Shown piece after piece: positions 1 through 8,413 of a DNA stretch of 64,000 bases. The position numbers and the translations under genes were made by a program. Origin of the DNA: a bacterium (GTDB lineage Bacteria; Hinthialibacterota; Hinthialibacteria; Hinthialibacterales; Hinthialibacteraceae); assembly GCA_963662285.2 (NCBI GenBank), contig CAXXMV010000006.1, forward strand, positions 928,001 through 992,000, read 5' to 3'. The notes beneath the pieces were generated by a model, which saw only the letters and a list, made by a program, of their open reading frames with translations, had not been told where the DNA came from and searched no databases. The stretch's first letter is position 1, and every line of letters begins with the position of its first letter.

Positions 1-2
1 GA

Positions 3-476
3 CGGGTATCTCAGGAAGAACTTACCGAGAGACACCACGAATGCGCTAACAATTATATGGCGTGCACCAATTATTTTGAGAACATCGGCGACACTCTGGA
101 AATTAATCTGTGCACCATGGCCCGCGACCGCCTTAAACTGGGCGTGGTAATTGGAGATAAAGAACTGGATATCCTGCTGCCTATTGTAGGGAAAGTTAAA
201 GAATGTTTGTATAAAGTGGTTCGCGGCATCACTGATTCAGATGCTGATATTATGGAATCAGTTGTCAATGAAAAACATCTACTACGTCAACTGGTCAACG
301 ACGCCAAAGCGCAATTAATCGAAAATATGACCGGACACGACAAACATAGCGTTCATACTTACCGGATTCTGCTGGAAGCGGTTGAGAACCTGCGGCGGTG
401 TTACTACTTCACCAAGAAAATTGCTAAATCTGAACTTAAATACATCTCTCCTGAACGGGAAAAAGCGGTTGAATAG
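3..476 (+). CDS. C-terminal part of a Na/Pi cotransporter or PhoU-domain protein (5' truncated by window edge)
   Basis: Frame is open from position 3. Helical PhoU-like sequence (NYFENIGD...ENLRRCYYFTKKIAK). Confidence 0.65.
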   Translation, partial: RVSQEELTERHHECANNYMACTNYFENIGDTLEINLCTMARDRLKLGVVIGDKELDILLPIVGKVKECLYKVVRGITDSDADIMESVVNEKHLLRQLVNDAKAQLIENMTGHDKHSVHTYRILLEAVENLRRCYYFTKKIAKSELKYISPEREKAVE

Positions 477-638
477 TGGATAGTGTTTTTTTTTATTTTC
501 ATCATCACACTAAATGGCGGGATATTATATTGTCAAAATTTTGTTGTCAATATAGAATACTCCATGTGGTAATAGATTAATTAAATCTGGTCAGATTATC
601 GTTTCATTTGGGTAATCTCGAAATAAGGGAGTTTTGTA

Positions 639-1784
639 ATGAGACATTTTATTGTTGTTGCATTCTTTTTAGTATTGGCCATTGCCGGGAGTTCTTACTC
701 TCAAGAAGATCAGGTTCTTCAAGTAACTGATTTTGAAGATGAACTGGAATGGGTGTATAGCGGCGGGTCAATCATGTACTCATTTGTAGAATATCAACCC
801 TTTTATGATGATACCATCACCCCTCATAGTGGGGAAGCATCATTGTTGGTTGAGTACGACAATACGGGGGGGGAATGGCAGTGGTCGCAAATTAATTTTC
901 CCGGTGAACTCGGAGCGGTTGATGCAACGGGGATGACCGAACTGCATATCTTTGTCTATGTTGTTCCAGGAAGCACGGGGTATTCTGATACTGGATTTGA
1001 AATGCGCATTGAAGCGGGTGGGGCTAACCTCGGTTTTCAATCTACGGATGTTACCGGCGAATGGGTGGAACTGGTCTGGCCGATTGATACATTGACCTCA
1101 ACCGGTAATCTGGGCGCATTGACCTACTTTGGAGGATTTATTGCTCCCCGTGGTGACATTTCCGGGCAGGTTTATATTGATGATATATATTTCACCCGTC
1201 CTGCTGATGTCCCTGAAGTAGAAATAGTGACTATTTACGGATTCAATGAAGAGGATCCTGATACACTTTTAACAGCTGGTTGGATTTCGGATGATGCCGG
1301 TCTTTCGGTTCCACTATTAGGTGAGGGTGAAGTTGAACCTTCCGAAGGATCCAACTATATGGCGTTTACGCTTGGCGAAGGATGGACCAATGTCATCCGC
1401 ACCGAAAGCGCATTAGAAGACTTTGACCGCTGGGGTGATGTCAAGGAAATCATGGTTGACGCCCGTATGAGTGAAGCGGTTGTCGGGTGGGGCGCCCAGT
1501 CTGCATTAGTTATCCAAACCGGCAGTGGGGGTTGGGATCAGTATGCAGAGGCGTCTTATAGGTATGCGGTAGATGAGTGGCAAACGCTGGTTTGGGTTGT
1601 GGATATGGAAAAACATGCTGCTGCTTTTGTTGAACCTGCTGAAGGGGAAGATGCTCCCTGGATGATTATTCGTTTCTCAACCAATAACGGAAGTGAGGAT
1701 GCCGGGAAATTGGTATTCTTCGATAATTTCCGGGTTGTCGTTACTAAGCAGGCGGCTGCTGTTCAAGAGTGGAGTTTATATTAG
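639..1784 (+). CDS. Secreted acidic protein with two CBM-like (galactose-binding fold) repeats and C-terminal tail AAVQEWSLY
   Basis: Signal peptide; repeated ...YIDDI.../...FFDNF... motifs; RBS AAGGGAG. Confidence 0.7.
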   Translation: MRHFIVVAFFLVLAIAGSSYSQEDQVLQVTDFEDELEWVYSGGSIMYSFVEYQPFYDDTITPHSGEASLLVEYDNTGGEWQWSQINFPGELGAVDATGMTELHIFVYVVPGSTGYSDTGFEMRIEAGGANLGFQSTDVTGEWVELVWPIDTLTSTGNLGALTYFGGFIAPRGDISGQVYIDDIYFTRPADVPEVEIVTIYGFNEEDPDTLLTAGWISDDAGLSVPLLGEGEVEPSEGSNYMAFTLGEGWTNVIRTESALEDFDRWGDVKEIMVDARMSEAVVGWGAQSALVIQTGSGGWDQYAEASYRYAVDEWQTLVWVVDMEKHAAAFVEPAEGEDAPWMIIRFSTNNGSEDAGKLVFFDNFRVVVTKQAAAVQEWSLY

Positions 1785-1885
1785 TAGAAATTTCACAAAA
1801 TAGATGCCTTTATTATTAATGCGGAAATACACTACCCTTGGCGCCCGAGTGGTAATGTCTAAACCTGCATGTAGAAAGAATCCCA

Positions 1886-1916
1886 TTGACATATTATCGT
1901 AAAATTACGATAATAT
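1886..1916 (+). promoter_or_regulatory. Sigma70 promoter overlapped by a palindromic operator (toxin-antitoxin autoregulation)
   Basis: TTGACA(1886)-17 bp-GATAAT(1909); inverted repeat ATATTATCGTAA-aa-TTACGATAATAT at 1891-1916. Confidence 0.75.
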
Positions 1917-1940
1917 AGAAAGAAGAAGTTAATTTGTTAT

Positions 1941-1977
1941 ATGCCGAAGTTCGAGGTTTTCTTCTATCAGGAGGGTC
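1941..1977 (+). pseudogene. N-terminal remnant of a RelE/HigB(Gp49)-like toxin
   Basis: ATG at 1941 reads MPKFEVFFYQE, resembling RelE/Gp49 toxin N-termini, then runs directly into the antitoxin RBS. Confidence 0.5.
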
Positions 1978-2295
1978 ATGATAATGGCGGCAAAAGGACG
2001 AAACGCGGTTTCGCTTATCAAGGAATTAGTGAAGGATGATGCTGGATTTGAGCAATATCATCAGGAAGCGCATGTTAACGTAACGGTCGCTCAAATGATC
2101 TATGACGCCCGTAAGGAAGCCGGATTAACTCAAACTGAATTAGCCAAAATGGTTGGAACAACGCAATCTGTGATTTCTCAGTTAGAGGATGCGGACTATG
2201 AAGGACACTCTTTGACCATGTTGCAAAGGGTTGCGGTGGTTCTTCATAAAAAAGTAGATGTTCGTTTGGTTCCAGAGCCGATGCTCAAATCTTAA
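1978..2295 (+). CDS. XRE/HigA-type HTH antitoxin
   Basis: ARKEAGLTQTELAKMVGTTQSVISQLEDADYEGHSL HTH_3 motif. Confidence 0.85.
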   Translation: MIMAAKGRNAVSLIKELVKDDAGFEQYHQEAHVNVTVAQMIYDARKEAGLTQTELAKMVGTTQSVISQLEDADYEGHSLTMLQRVAVVLHKKVDVRLVPEPMLKS

Positions 2296-2312
2296 TAATC
2301 TCAACCTACTTT

Positions 2313-3965
2313 TTAGATTTGCAATTCTCCTCTTGAATTCGCCGCGCCAATTTTTTTAATCAACATATCTGCCTCTTTTAAATCATTATCTGTTTTAAAG
2401 GGAGGTAAATTATCTAGTATATGCTGAGCTTTTTTATTCTGATTAATATCTATCAGGCATCGAGCCATTGTTAAATAGGGTTGGAGAGTTTCACTTTTTT
2501 TCTCTTGCTTCTGAAATATATCAAAAATGTTTTGAGCCAAGTCCGGGTCATCTGATTTGAATGAATATTCAATTATTTGGCTCGCAATTGCGCCTGAGCC
2601 GGGTTGTTTTTCAATAACTTTATGAAGATGCGAAATCGCTATAGATTTTTTTCCTGCAGCCCACAAATGAGCTGACTCACGTATAGCATGAAGCGCTTGA
2701 TAACGTGGATGAACGGGCAGTTTAACTCTAAAGTAGGTGCGGTCTTCATCGAAATCAAATATTGCCTGCGGGGAACCGTTTTCTTTCATAATTCTTATTA
2801 TTTTAGGTATACCGGTTCCCCTTCTTTCAGCCAATCTCAATTCTTTGAGAAATTCACCTATACGTCGATTTCTGGCAGGTACCGGAGGAACTGAATTATC
2901 GGAATCAAAATGCTCTAGTTTGATTCCCGGCATAGGTCCGGGATAACTGATGATTTCCATTCTATCCGGATATAAATAAACTTTGGTTGGTTCGGGAGGG
3001 AAATCATATCCTCTATGGTATATTGCATTTACAATAGCTTCTTCCATAGCCTGGTATGGGTATGGAAATGTTCTTTCGACTTCAGCTCGACCAGGTATTT
3101 TCTGTAATAAACTTCCACCAAGTCCTTCAAGATAATTAAGGCATGATTTTATCTGTTGAGCTAGTGGACCTACGAATTTTCTTTCTTCAATTAAATCACC
3201 GCCAGCATCATCGCCAAATTGAACAACTTCGATAAAGGCGCCTTCAAAAAACATCTCGGGCGATTCATTAAAAAAAAGCAAGGCGACATTTCGTGGAACT
3301 TCATGGTTATTAATTGGAATGGTTAGATGTAATTTTCTATAAGTGTCATGCGCTTCAATCGATAGATCGTTGTTGGCTAAATAACTTCTGATATCGATCA
3401 GGAATTGTTTGACCAAAGGTAGAGAAATATCTTCCACTTTACTATTTAAGTTCCGTCTTGAATCATAAGGAATCTTAGCGGCTTGTTCGAGTAATTGACG
3501 TTTCAAATCACCGGTTGCTTCAATTGAAGATGATCCGGAACGTATGTAGTATGTTGTCCCTGTCCTATCGCGTTTTGGCGCCTCGTAAGGTCGATTATCA
3601 CCAGCTGGCGCCCATATTATAACAATACTTTGGCCTTGAAATTCCTCTATTTGAACAATGGGTATATATTCAGGAGAAATAAAACCTTTACTATTTCCTA
3701 CAATCTCTCTTTGGATTTTATCAAGGTCGCAGTTGTTTAAGCCTGTTGGTGGTAAAATAGCATTGCCATTCTGATCTGTTTTTACGCCAATAATAATGTA
3801 ACCTCCATTGAGGTTTAGAAAATCATTGGCATATGCGCAGATCGTATTTATGGTAGATTTCTTTACTACTTCATTCCAAGACTCTTTAAATTCAAGCCGG
3901 GTCTGCTCAATAGATTTTTGGTGTAGTAAATCTGATATATTCAATGGGATTGCTTTGTCCGCCAT
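2313..3965 (-). CDS. Schlafen/AlbA_2 + HATPase_c_4 (RecG-C-like) protein with a C-terminal TPR-like extension
   Basis: LEFKESW, ICAYAN..GGYIIIGV, EEAIVNAIYHRGY, RNRRI, ERRGTGI motifs; AT-rich. Confidence 0.8.
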   Translation of the reverse strand: MADKAIPLNISDLLHQKSIEQTRLEFKESWNEVVKKSTINTICAYANDFLNLNGGYIIIGVKTDQNGNAILPPTGLNNCDLDKIQREIVGNSKGFISPEYIPIVQIEEFQGQSIVIIWAPAGDNRPYEAPKRDRTGTTYYIRSGSSSIEATGDLKRQLLEQAAKIPYDSRRNLNSKVEDISLPLVKQFLIDIRSYLANNDLSIEAHDTYRKLHLTIPINNHEVPRNVALLFFNESPEMFFEGAFIEVVQFGDDAGGDLIEERKFVGPLAQQIKSCLNYLEGLGGSLLQKIPGRAEVERTFPYPYQAMEEAIVNAIYHRGYDFPPEPTKVYLYPDRMEIISYPGPMPGIKLEHFDSDNSVPPVPARNRRIGEFLKELRLAERRGTGIPKIIRIMKENGSPQAIFDFDEDRTYFRVKLPVHPRYQALHAIRESAHLWAAGKKSIAISHLHKVIEKQPGSGAIASQIIEYSFKSDDPDLAQNIFDIFQKQEKKSETLQPYLTMARCLIDINQNKKAQHILDNLPPFKTDNDLKEADMLIKKIGAANSRGELQI

Positions 3966-4073
3966 AAGTAATAATCACCGTAGTTGAGTAGTTTTCATAA
4001 TAAACGAAAATGGTTATTAGAACCGCTCAAGTTATTTTATCGAATACATTATAATGAAGTTATTCTCATTATC

Positions 4074-4106
4074 AAAAAAAAAGCCCGAATACGTTCGGGC
4101 TTTTTT
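4074..4106. terminator. Bidirectional intrinsic terminator downstream of leuB
   Basis: A-run-GCCCGAA-tacg-TTCGGGC-T-run. Confidence 0.85.
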
Positions 4107-4124
4107 AGAATATATTCACATTAC

Positions 4125-5210
4125 TTACATATCCTGAACGCGTTGGGCGATGGCGTCGCCGATTTTGGTTGTGGAGTATCCCGCTTCCTGGATGTCTTTG
4201 ACGCTTAGGCCGGGGAGTTCGCCGCTGCCGAGGAAATCGGAGATGGCTTGATCGAGCATCTTGGCTGCTTTGTCTTCGCCCAGGTGTTCGAGCATCATCT
4301 GTCCGGCGCTGATGCAGGCGATGGGGTTGATGACGTTCTGGTTGGTGTATTTAGGCGCTGAACCGCCGATGGGTTCGAACATGGATGTTCCGCCTTCATC
4401 GGGATTGATGTTGCCGCCGGCTGCAACGCCCATGCCGCCCTGAACCATAGCGCCCAGGTCGGTAATGATGTCGCCGAACATATTACCGGTAACGATGACG
4501 TCGAACCATTCAGGATTCTTGACGAACCACATGGTGGTGGCGTCGATGTGAGCATAGTCGCGTTTGATGCCGGGATAGGATTTCTTGCCCATATCGTGGA
4601 AAGCGCGTTCCCATAGATCGAAAACATAGGTTAGTACATTAGTTTTTCCACAGAGGGTTAGAGTGTTGGTTTTGTTGCGTTTTTTGGTGTATTCATAAGC
4701 GTATTTCAAGCAACGGTCAACTTCGAAACGAGTATAAACCATTTCTTGAATAGCCACTTCGTTAGGAGTGTCTTTTTTGATGATGCCGCCGCTGCCGGTG
4801 TAGATGCCGGCGCTGTTTTCGCGTATAACGACAAAATCAATATCTTCCGGACCTTTGTCTTTAATCGGAGTCCAAACGCCGGGATAGAGTTTAACTGGAC
4901 GAAGATTGATATATTGATCTAATTCAAAGCGAAGGCGAAGCAGAATGCCTTTTTCTAGGATGCCCGGTTTAACGTCGGGGTGTCCAATAGCGCCGAGATA
5001 AATAGCATGGAACTTACTCAGTTCCTCGGATGCGCTGTCGGGAAGCACTTCGTTGGTCTTCATGTAGCGGTCGCCGCCGAAGTCGAAATCCTGGTATTCA
5101 CACTTGAAACCAGCTTTTTCTTCTAATACTTTAAGAACTTTTACGCCTTCCCGGATTACTTCCGGTCCTGTTCCGTCGCCGCCCATGACGGCAATCTTAT
5201 AGGTATTCAT
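4125..5210 (-). CDS. leuB: 3-isopropylmalate dehydrogenase
   Basis: [41 protein letters not shown] motifs; ATG at 5210 with GGAGG RBS. Confidence 0.9.
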   Translation of the reverse strand: MNTYKIAVMGGDGTGPEVIREGVKVLKVLEEKAGFKCEYQDFDFGGDRYMKTNEVLPDSASEELSKFHAIYLGAIGHPDVKPGILEKGILLRLRFELDQYINLRPVKLYPGVWTPIKDKGPEDIDFVVIRENSAGIYTGSGGIIKKDTPNEVAIQEMVYTRFEVDRCLKYAYEYTKKRNKTNTLTLCGKTNVLTYVFDLWERAFHDMGKKSYPGIKRDYAHIDATTMWFVKNPEWFDVIVTGNMFGDIITDLGAMVQGGMGVAAGGNINPDEGGTSMFEPIGGSAPKYTNQNVINPIACISAGQMMLEHLGEDKAAKMLDQAISDFLGSGELPGLSVKDIQEAGYSTTKIGDAIAQRVQDM

Positions 5211-5396
5211 TGAAACCTCCAAAGAACTTACGATTCGAAATTAAAACATGAGTTGTAAATAATACTTGCCGGAGGATGATTCTAGAAGTGATGCGAATTT
5301 TTTTATTGTAATTTGTGCAGGCAATTAGAGATTGTTTTTTATACGAGAGGACGGGAAAAAATCATATTGCACTGATTGTCATTAAATTATTATTAA

Positions 5397-6017
5397 TTAC
5401 AGATCGTTGACATTGCCGGGTTGTCCGGCGAATCCCTGACCGAGGATGCCTTTGTCGCAGGTCATGATATCGCCAATGCTAATTAGACCATTGGATGAAT
5501 CATAGGCCATCCATCCCATAAGGCGTTGGGGTGATTGGATATACCATCGATCCGGTCCGGGGCTGCGTGCGACGTAGCGTGCGGTTGGATCGGCGTTGGA
5601 GGCGGCGCCCTGGTTATTGACTTGCCGCATATAGGCGATATTGCGGTAATGGTAGACTCCATCCATTACCGCTTCCCAGGCGGCGCTGTTTGGACCGGGG
5701 TTCTCTATGGGTACGAATGGATCGAAAAAAGCGCTGGAAGAGATATAAGAGTTAGGTGTGGTAAGCGATCCCCATACCCGGAATCCCCGTTGATATACTC
5801 CGGCGTTAGCCCATTCGTTGGGATCAAGAATGCTGCGGTTATGATCCAGGGAATACATTTCCAGCGCAGTTCGTATGCTGCGTAGATCCGCCAGGGATCG
5901 GGATATTTTGGCGCGCACCTGAGCGTTTAAGAAATTTGGAACTGCGATAGCCGCCAGGATGCCGATGATGGCGACAACGATCAACAGTTCGATCAAAGTA
6001 AAGGCTTTTGGTTTCAT
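5397..6017 (-). CDS. Prepilin-type N-terminal cleavage/methylation protein (GspG-like)
   Basis: KAFTLIELLIVVAIIGILAAIAVPNF; C-terminal SPGPD...YDSSNG..S.GDI. Confidence 0.9.
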   Translation of the reverse strand: MKPKAFTLIELLIVVAIIGILAAIAVPNFLNAQVRAKISRSLADLRSIRTALEMYSLDHNRSILDPNEWANAGVYQRGFRVWGSLTTPNSYISSSAFFDPFVPIENPGPNSAAWEAVMDGVYHYRNIAYMRQVNNQGAASNADPTARYVARSPGPDRWYIQSPQRLMGWMAYDSSNGLISIGDIMTCDKGILGQGFAGQPGNVNDL

Positions 6018-6212
6018 TTTTATTTCCTACTACTAGAAAATGCATAACTAATTCAAATTGATTTTCACATATTGATTGAGTTGATGTCAATACAATTCTT
6101 GAGGAGATTAAAGATTGTTCAGGTTTAATCCCGTTTCGGCTAGCGCTTTTACGATGCATTGGTTATAGTGTTTTCTTCGCATATTTTATTTAATTTCTAG
6201 GGTGATCAGGCT

Positions 6213-8369
6213 ATGATGCTTTGGAATGCCAAGATAACAAATAACAAATATTATTGCGCAATTTGTTCCTTGATTGCGCTAATTGCTTTGATATCGGTAC
6301 CGGAAGCATATTCAGTTCAAGTCGGGACGACTGCGCTTTATGGATTATTCGAGACTCCTTTCTCCGTCTCTCTGCCGTATGAAAATCCCTTCGACGCCTC
6401 TGATATTAAAGTAGATGCTGAAATAAAAAGAGATGGCGGGAGTCCGTCCACGGTTCCCTGTTTTAATGATGGTGATGTCTGGAAACTGCGTTATACGCCT
6501 TCGCAAGCGGGTGAATATACCTACCAAATCAAAGCTGAAACTGCGACTGATTCAGAAATATGCGCCCAAGGTAGTTTTACAGTTGAAGAAGCCCAACACC
6601 GGGGATTTCTCCGTATAGGTGAACATTCAAAGCGCCATTTTGTATTTGAAAATGGTGAATCTTATTTCGCTTTGGGCGAGAATATGGGTTGGGTGCAATG
6701 GAGTAACAGTGCGCAATTGGATATCTGGATTGGATACCTGGATGAATGTGAAGAAGCGGGAATCAATTGGATCCGCATCTGGATGTGCCCCTGGGGTAAA
6801 ACCGAATTGACATGGACGCCCAAAGACGGGCGGTATCATGGATATAAACAATATGATTTAGAAAATGCACGGGCCATAGACGGAATCTTTCGTGAAGCGC
6901 AAAAGCGCGGTATATACATCCAGTGGGTTATAAATCACCACGGGCAGTATTCCATCGATACTAATCCCGAATGGCAGAATAATCCTTTCAATACCCAAAA
7001 TGGCGGATTTCTGGAAAATCCGTGGGAATTTTTTACTAATGAAGAAGCCAAACGTCACTACCGCAACCGTTTGCGATATCTGGCGGCGCGATGGGGGTAT
7101 AGCACGCATTTATTATCGTGGGAATTCTGGAATGAAGTCAATTTGACAACCAATTATGATTTTCCGGTTGTTAAAGCATGGCATGAGGAAATGGCTGATT
7201 ATCTGCGGGGAATTGATCCTTATGACCATCTCCTAAGCACCAGTACCAGCCGTGATTTTGATCCCATGTTTCAAACAAAGGGCATGGATTTCATCCAGTC
7301 GCACGCATATACCAGCGGTTTGATTGAAAAATTGGAATTAATTTCAAAAAAATGCGTCGATGAATATCCCGATATTCCACACTTTTTTTCAGAGATGGCC
7401 TATGATTGGCGAGGTCCGACCAAGGGTGATGACACAGGAATCAGTCTGCATAATCAACTGTGGGCTTCGGTTCATGCTACAGCTGATGCAGGAACGGCGA
7501 TGACCTGGTGGTGGGATAACTGGGTTCGACCCAAGAACCTATATTATCATTTCAGGGCGTTGGCCAATTATGTTGAAGGTATTGATTGGGATAAGGAAAA
7601 TCTGCTTCCCATGCAATACAGTGTTGAATATAAAGAAGAAAACAGCGAAGACTTTTTCTTTAAGCCTCCGGTTGATTGGGGCAATTCACGCCGTACGAGG
7701 TTTACAATCAAAGAAAATGGTGAAGTGGAAGGTCTGGAAGAATGCACCAGTTTTGTTCATGGCCTCAATCACCGTGATATGGCGCCAAACCCGATATTTG
7801 CTATTAATACCAATGAATCGATAGAATTTGGATTGCAGATTGACCGTGTTTCAATGAATGGCGCGTCGTGTATTATTGAGCTAGATGGTGAACAAGTCTT
7901 TCAGCGGGTATTCGCTTCAGGGGAAAATGATTCTACAATGAGCGAAGATGGGAAAGTCTCCATTACGGTTCCCCCTGGACGACATAACATATTTGTTAAA
8001 AATACAGGACGGGATTGGTTTGAAGTGAAATATTATTGGGTAGGGGATTTTATCCAAAGACCCAAAGCATATATTCGCGGAAATAAAGATCGAATTTTAG
8101 TATGGGTTCATGATCGGTTGCATCAACTGGCGTATCTTTCATCTAATGAAAAGCCGGAACCTATAGTTGCAACGAGTTTAACGTTGCCGGAAATTCGTGA
8201 AGGAGAGTACCAGGTAGAACCTTTTGATCCCTATACCGGGGAAGCCGGACAGATAAAATCGGTCTTCGCCGGAGATAGTGGTCTGGTTGTTTACATCCCA
8301 TCGTTTGAAAAAGATTTGGCGTTCCGTATTCGTCGTACACCAACGGCGGTCGGGATTCCTCTCCGATAA
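6213..8369 (+). CDS. Secreted glycoside hydrolase (DUF5060 Ig-like N-domain + GH5/clan-A-like TIM barrel)
   Basis: NPFD...WKLRYTP N-domain; YLAARWGYS..WEFWNE acid/base motif; FSE nucleophile region. Confidence 0.8.
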   Translation: MMLWNAKITNNKYYCAICSLIALIALISVPEAYSVQVGTTALYGLFETPFSVSLPYENPFDASDIKVDAEIKRDGGSPSTVPCFNDGDVWKLRYTPSQAGEYTYQIKAETATDSEICAQGSFTVEEAQHRGFLRIGEHSKRHFVFENGESYFALGENMGWVQWSNSAQLDIWIGYLDECEEAGINWIRIWMCPWGKTELTWTPKDGRYHGYKQYDLENARAIDGIFREAQKRGIYIQWVINHHGQYSIDTNPEWQNNPFNTQNGGFLENPWEFFTNEEAKRHYRNRLRYLAARWGYSTHLLSWEFWNEVNLTTNYDFPVVKAWHEEMADYLRGIDPYDHLLSTSTSRDFDPMFQTKGMDFIQSHAYTSGLIEKLELISKKCVDEYPDIPHFFSEMAYDWRGPTKGDDTGISLHNQLWASVHATADAGTAMTWWWDNWVRPKNLYYHFRALANYVEGIDWDKENLLPMQYSVEYKEENSEDFFFKPPVDWGNSRRTRFTIKENGEVEGLEECTSFVHGLNHRDMAPNPIFAINTNESIEFGLQIDRVSMNGASCIIELDGEQVFQRVFASGENDSTMSEDGKVSITVPPGRHNIFVKNTGRDWFEVKYYWVGDFIQRPKAYIRGNKDRILVWVHDRLHQLAYLSSNEKPEPIVATSLTLPEIREGEYQVEPFDPYTGEAGQIKSVFAGDSGLVVYIPSFEKDLAFRIRRTPTAVGIPLR

Positions 8370-8413
8370 ACTCAAAACGGTCTCCACGAAGAGACCTAGG
8401 AGGATTCGTTTCC

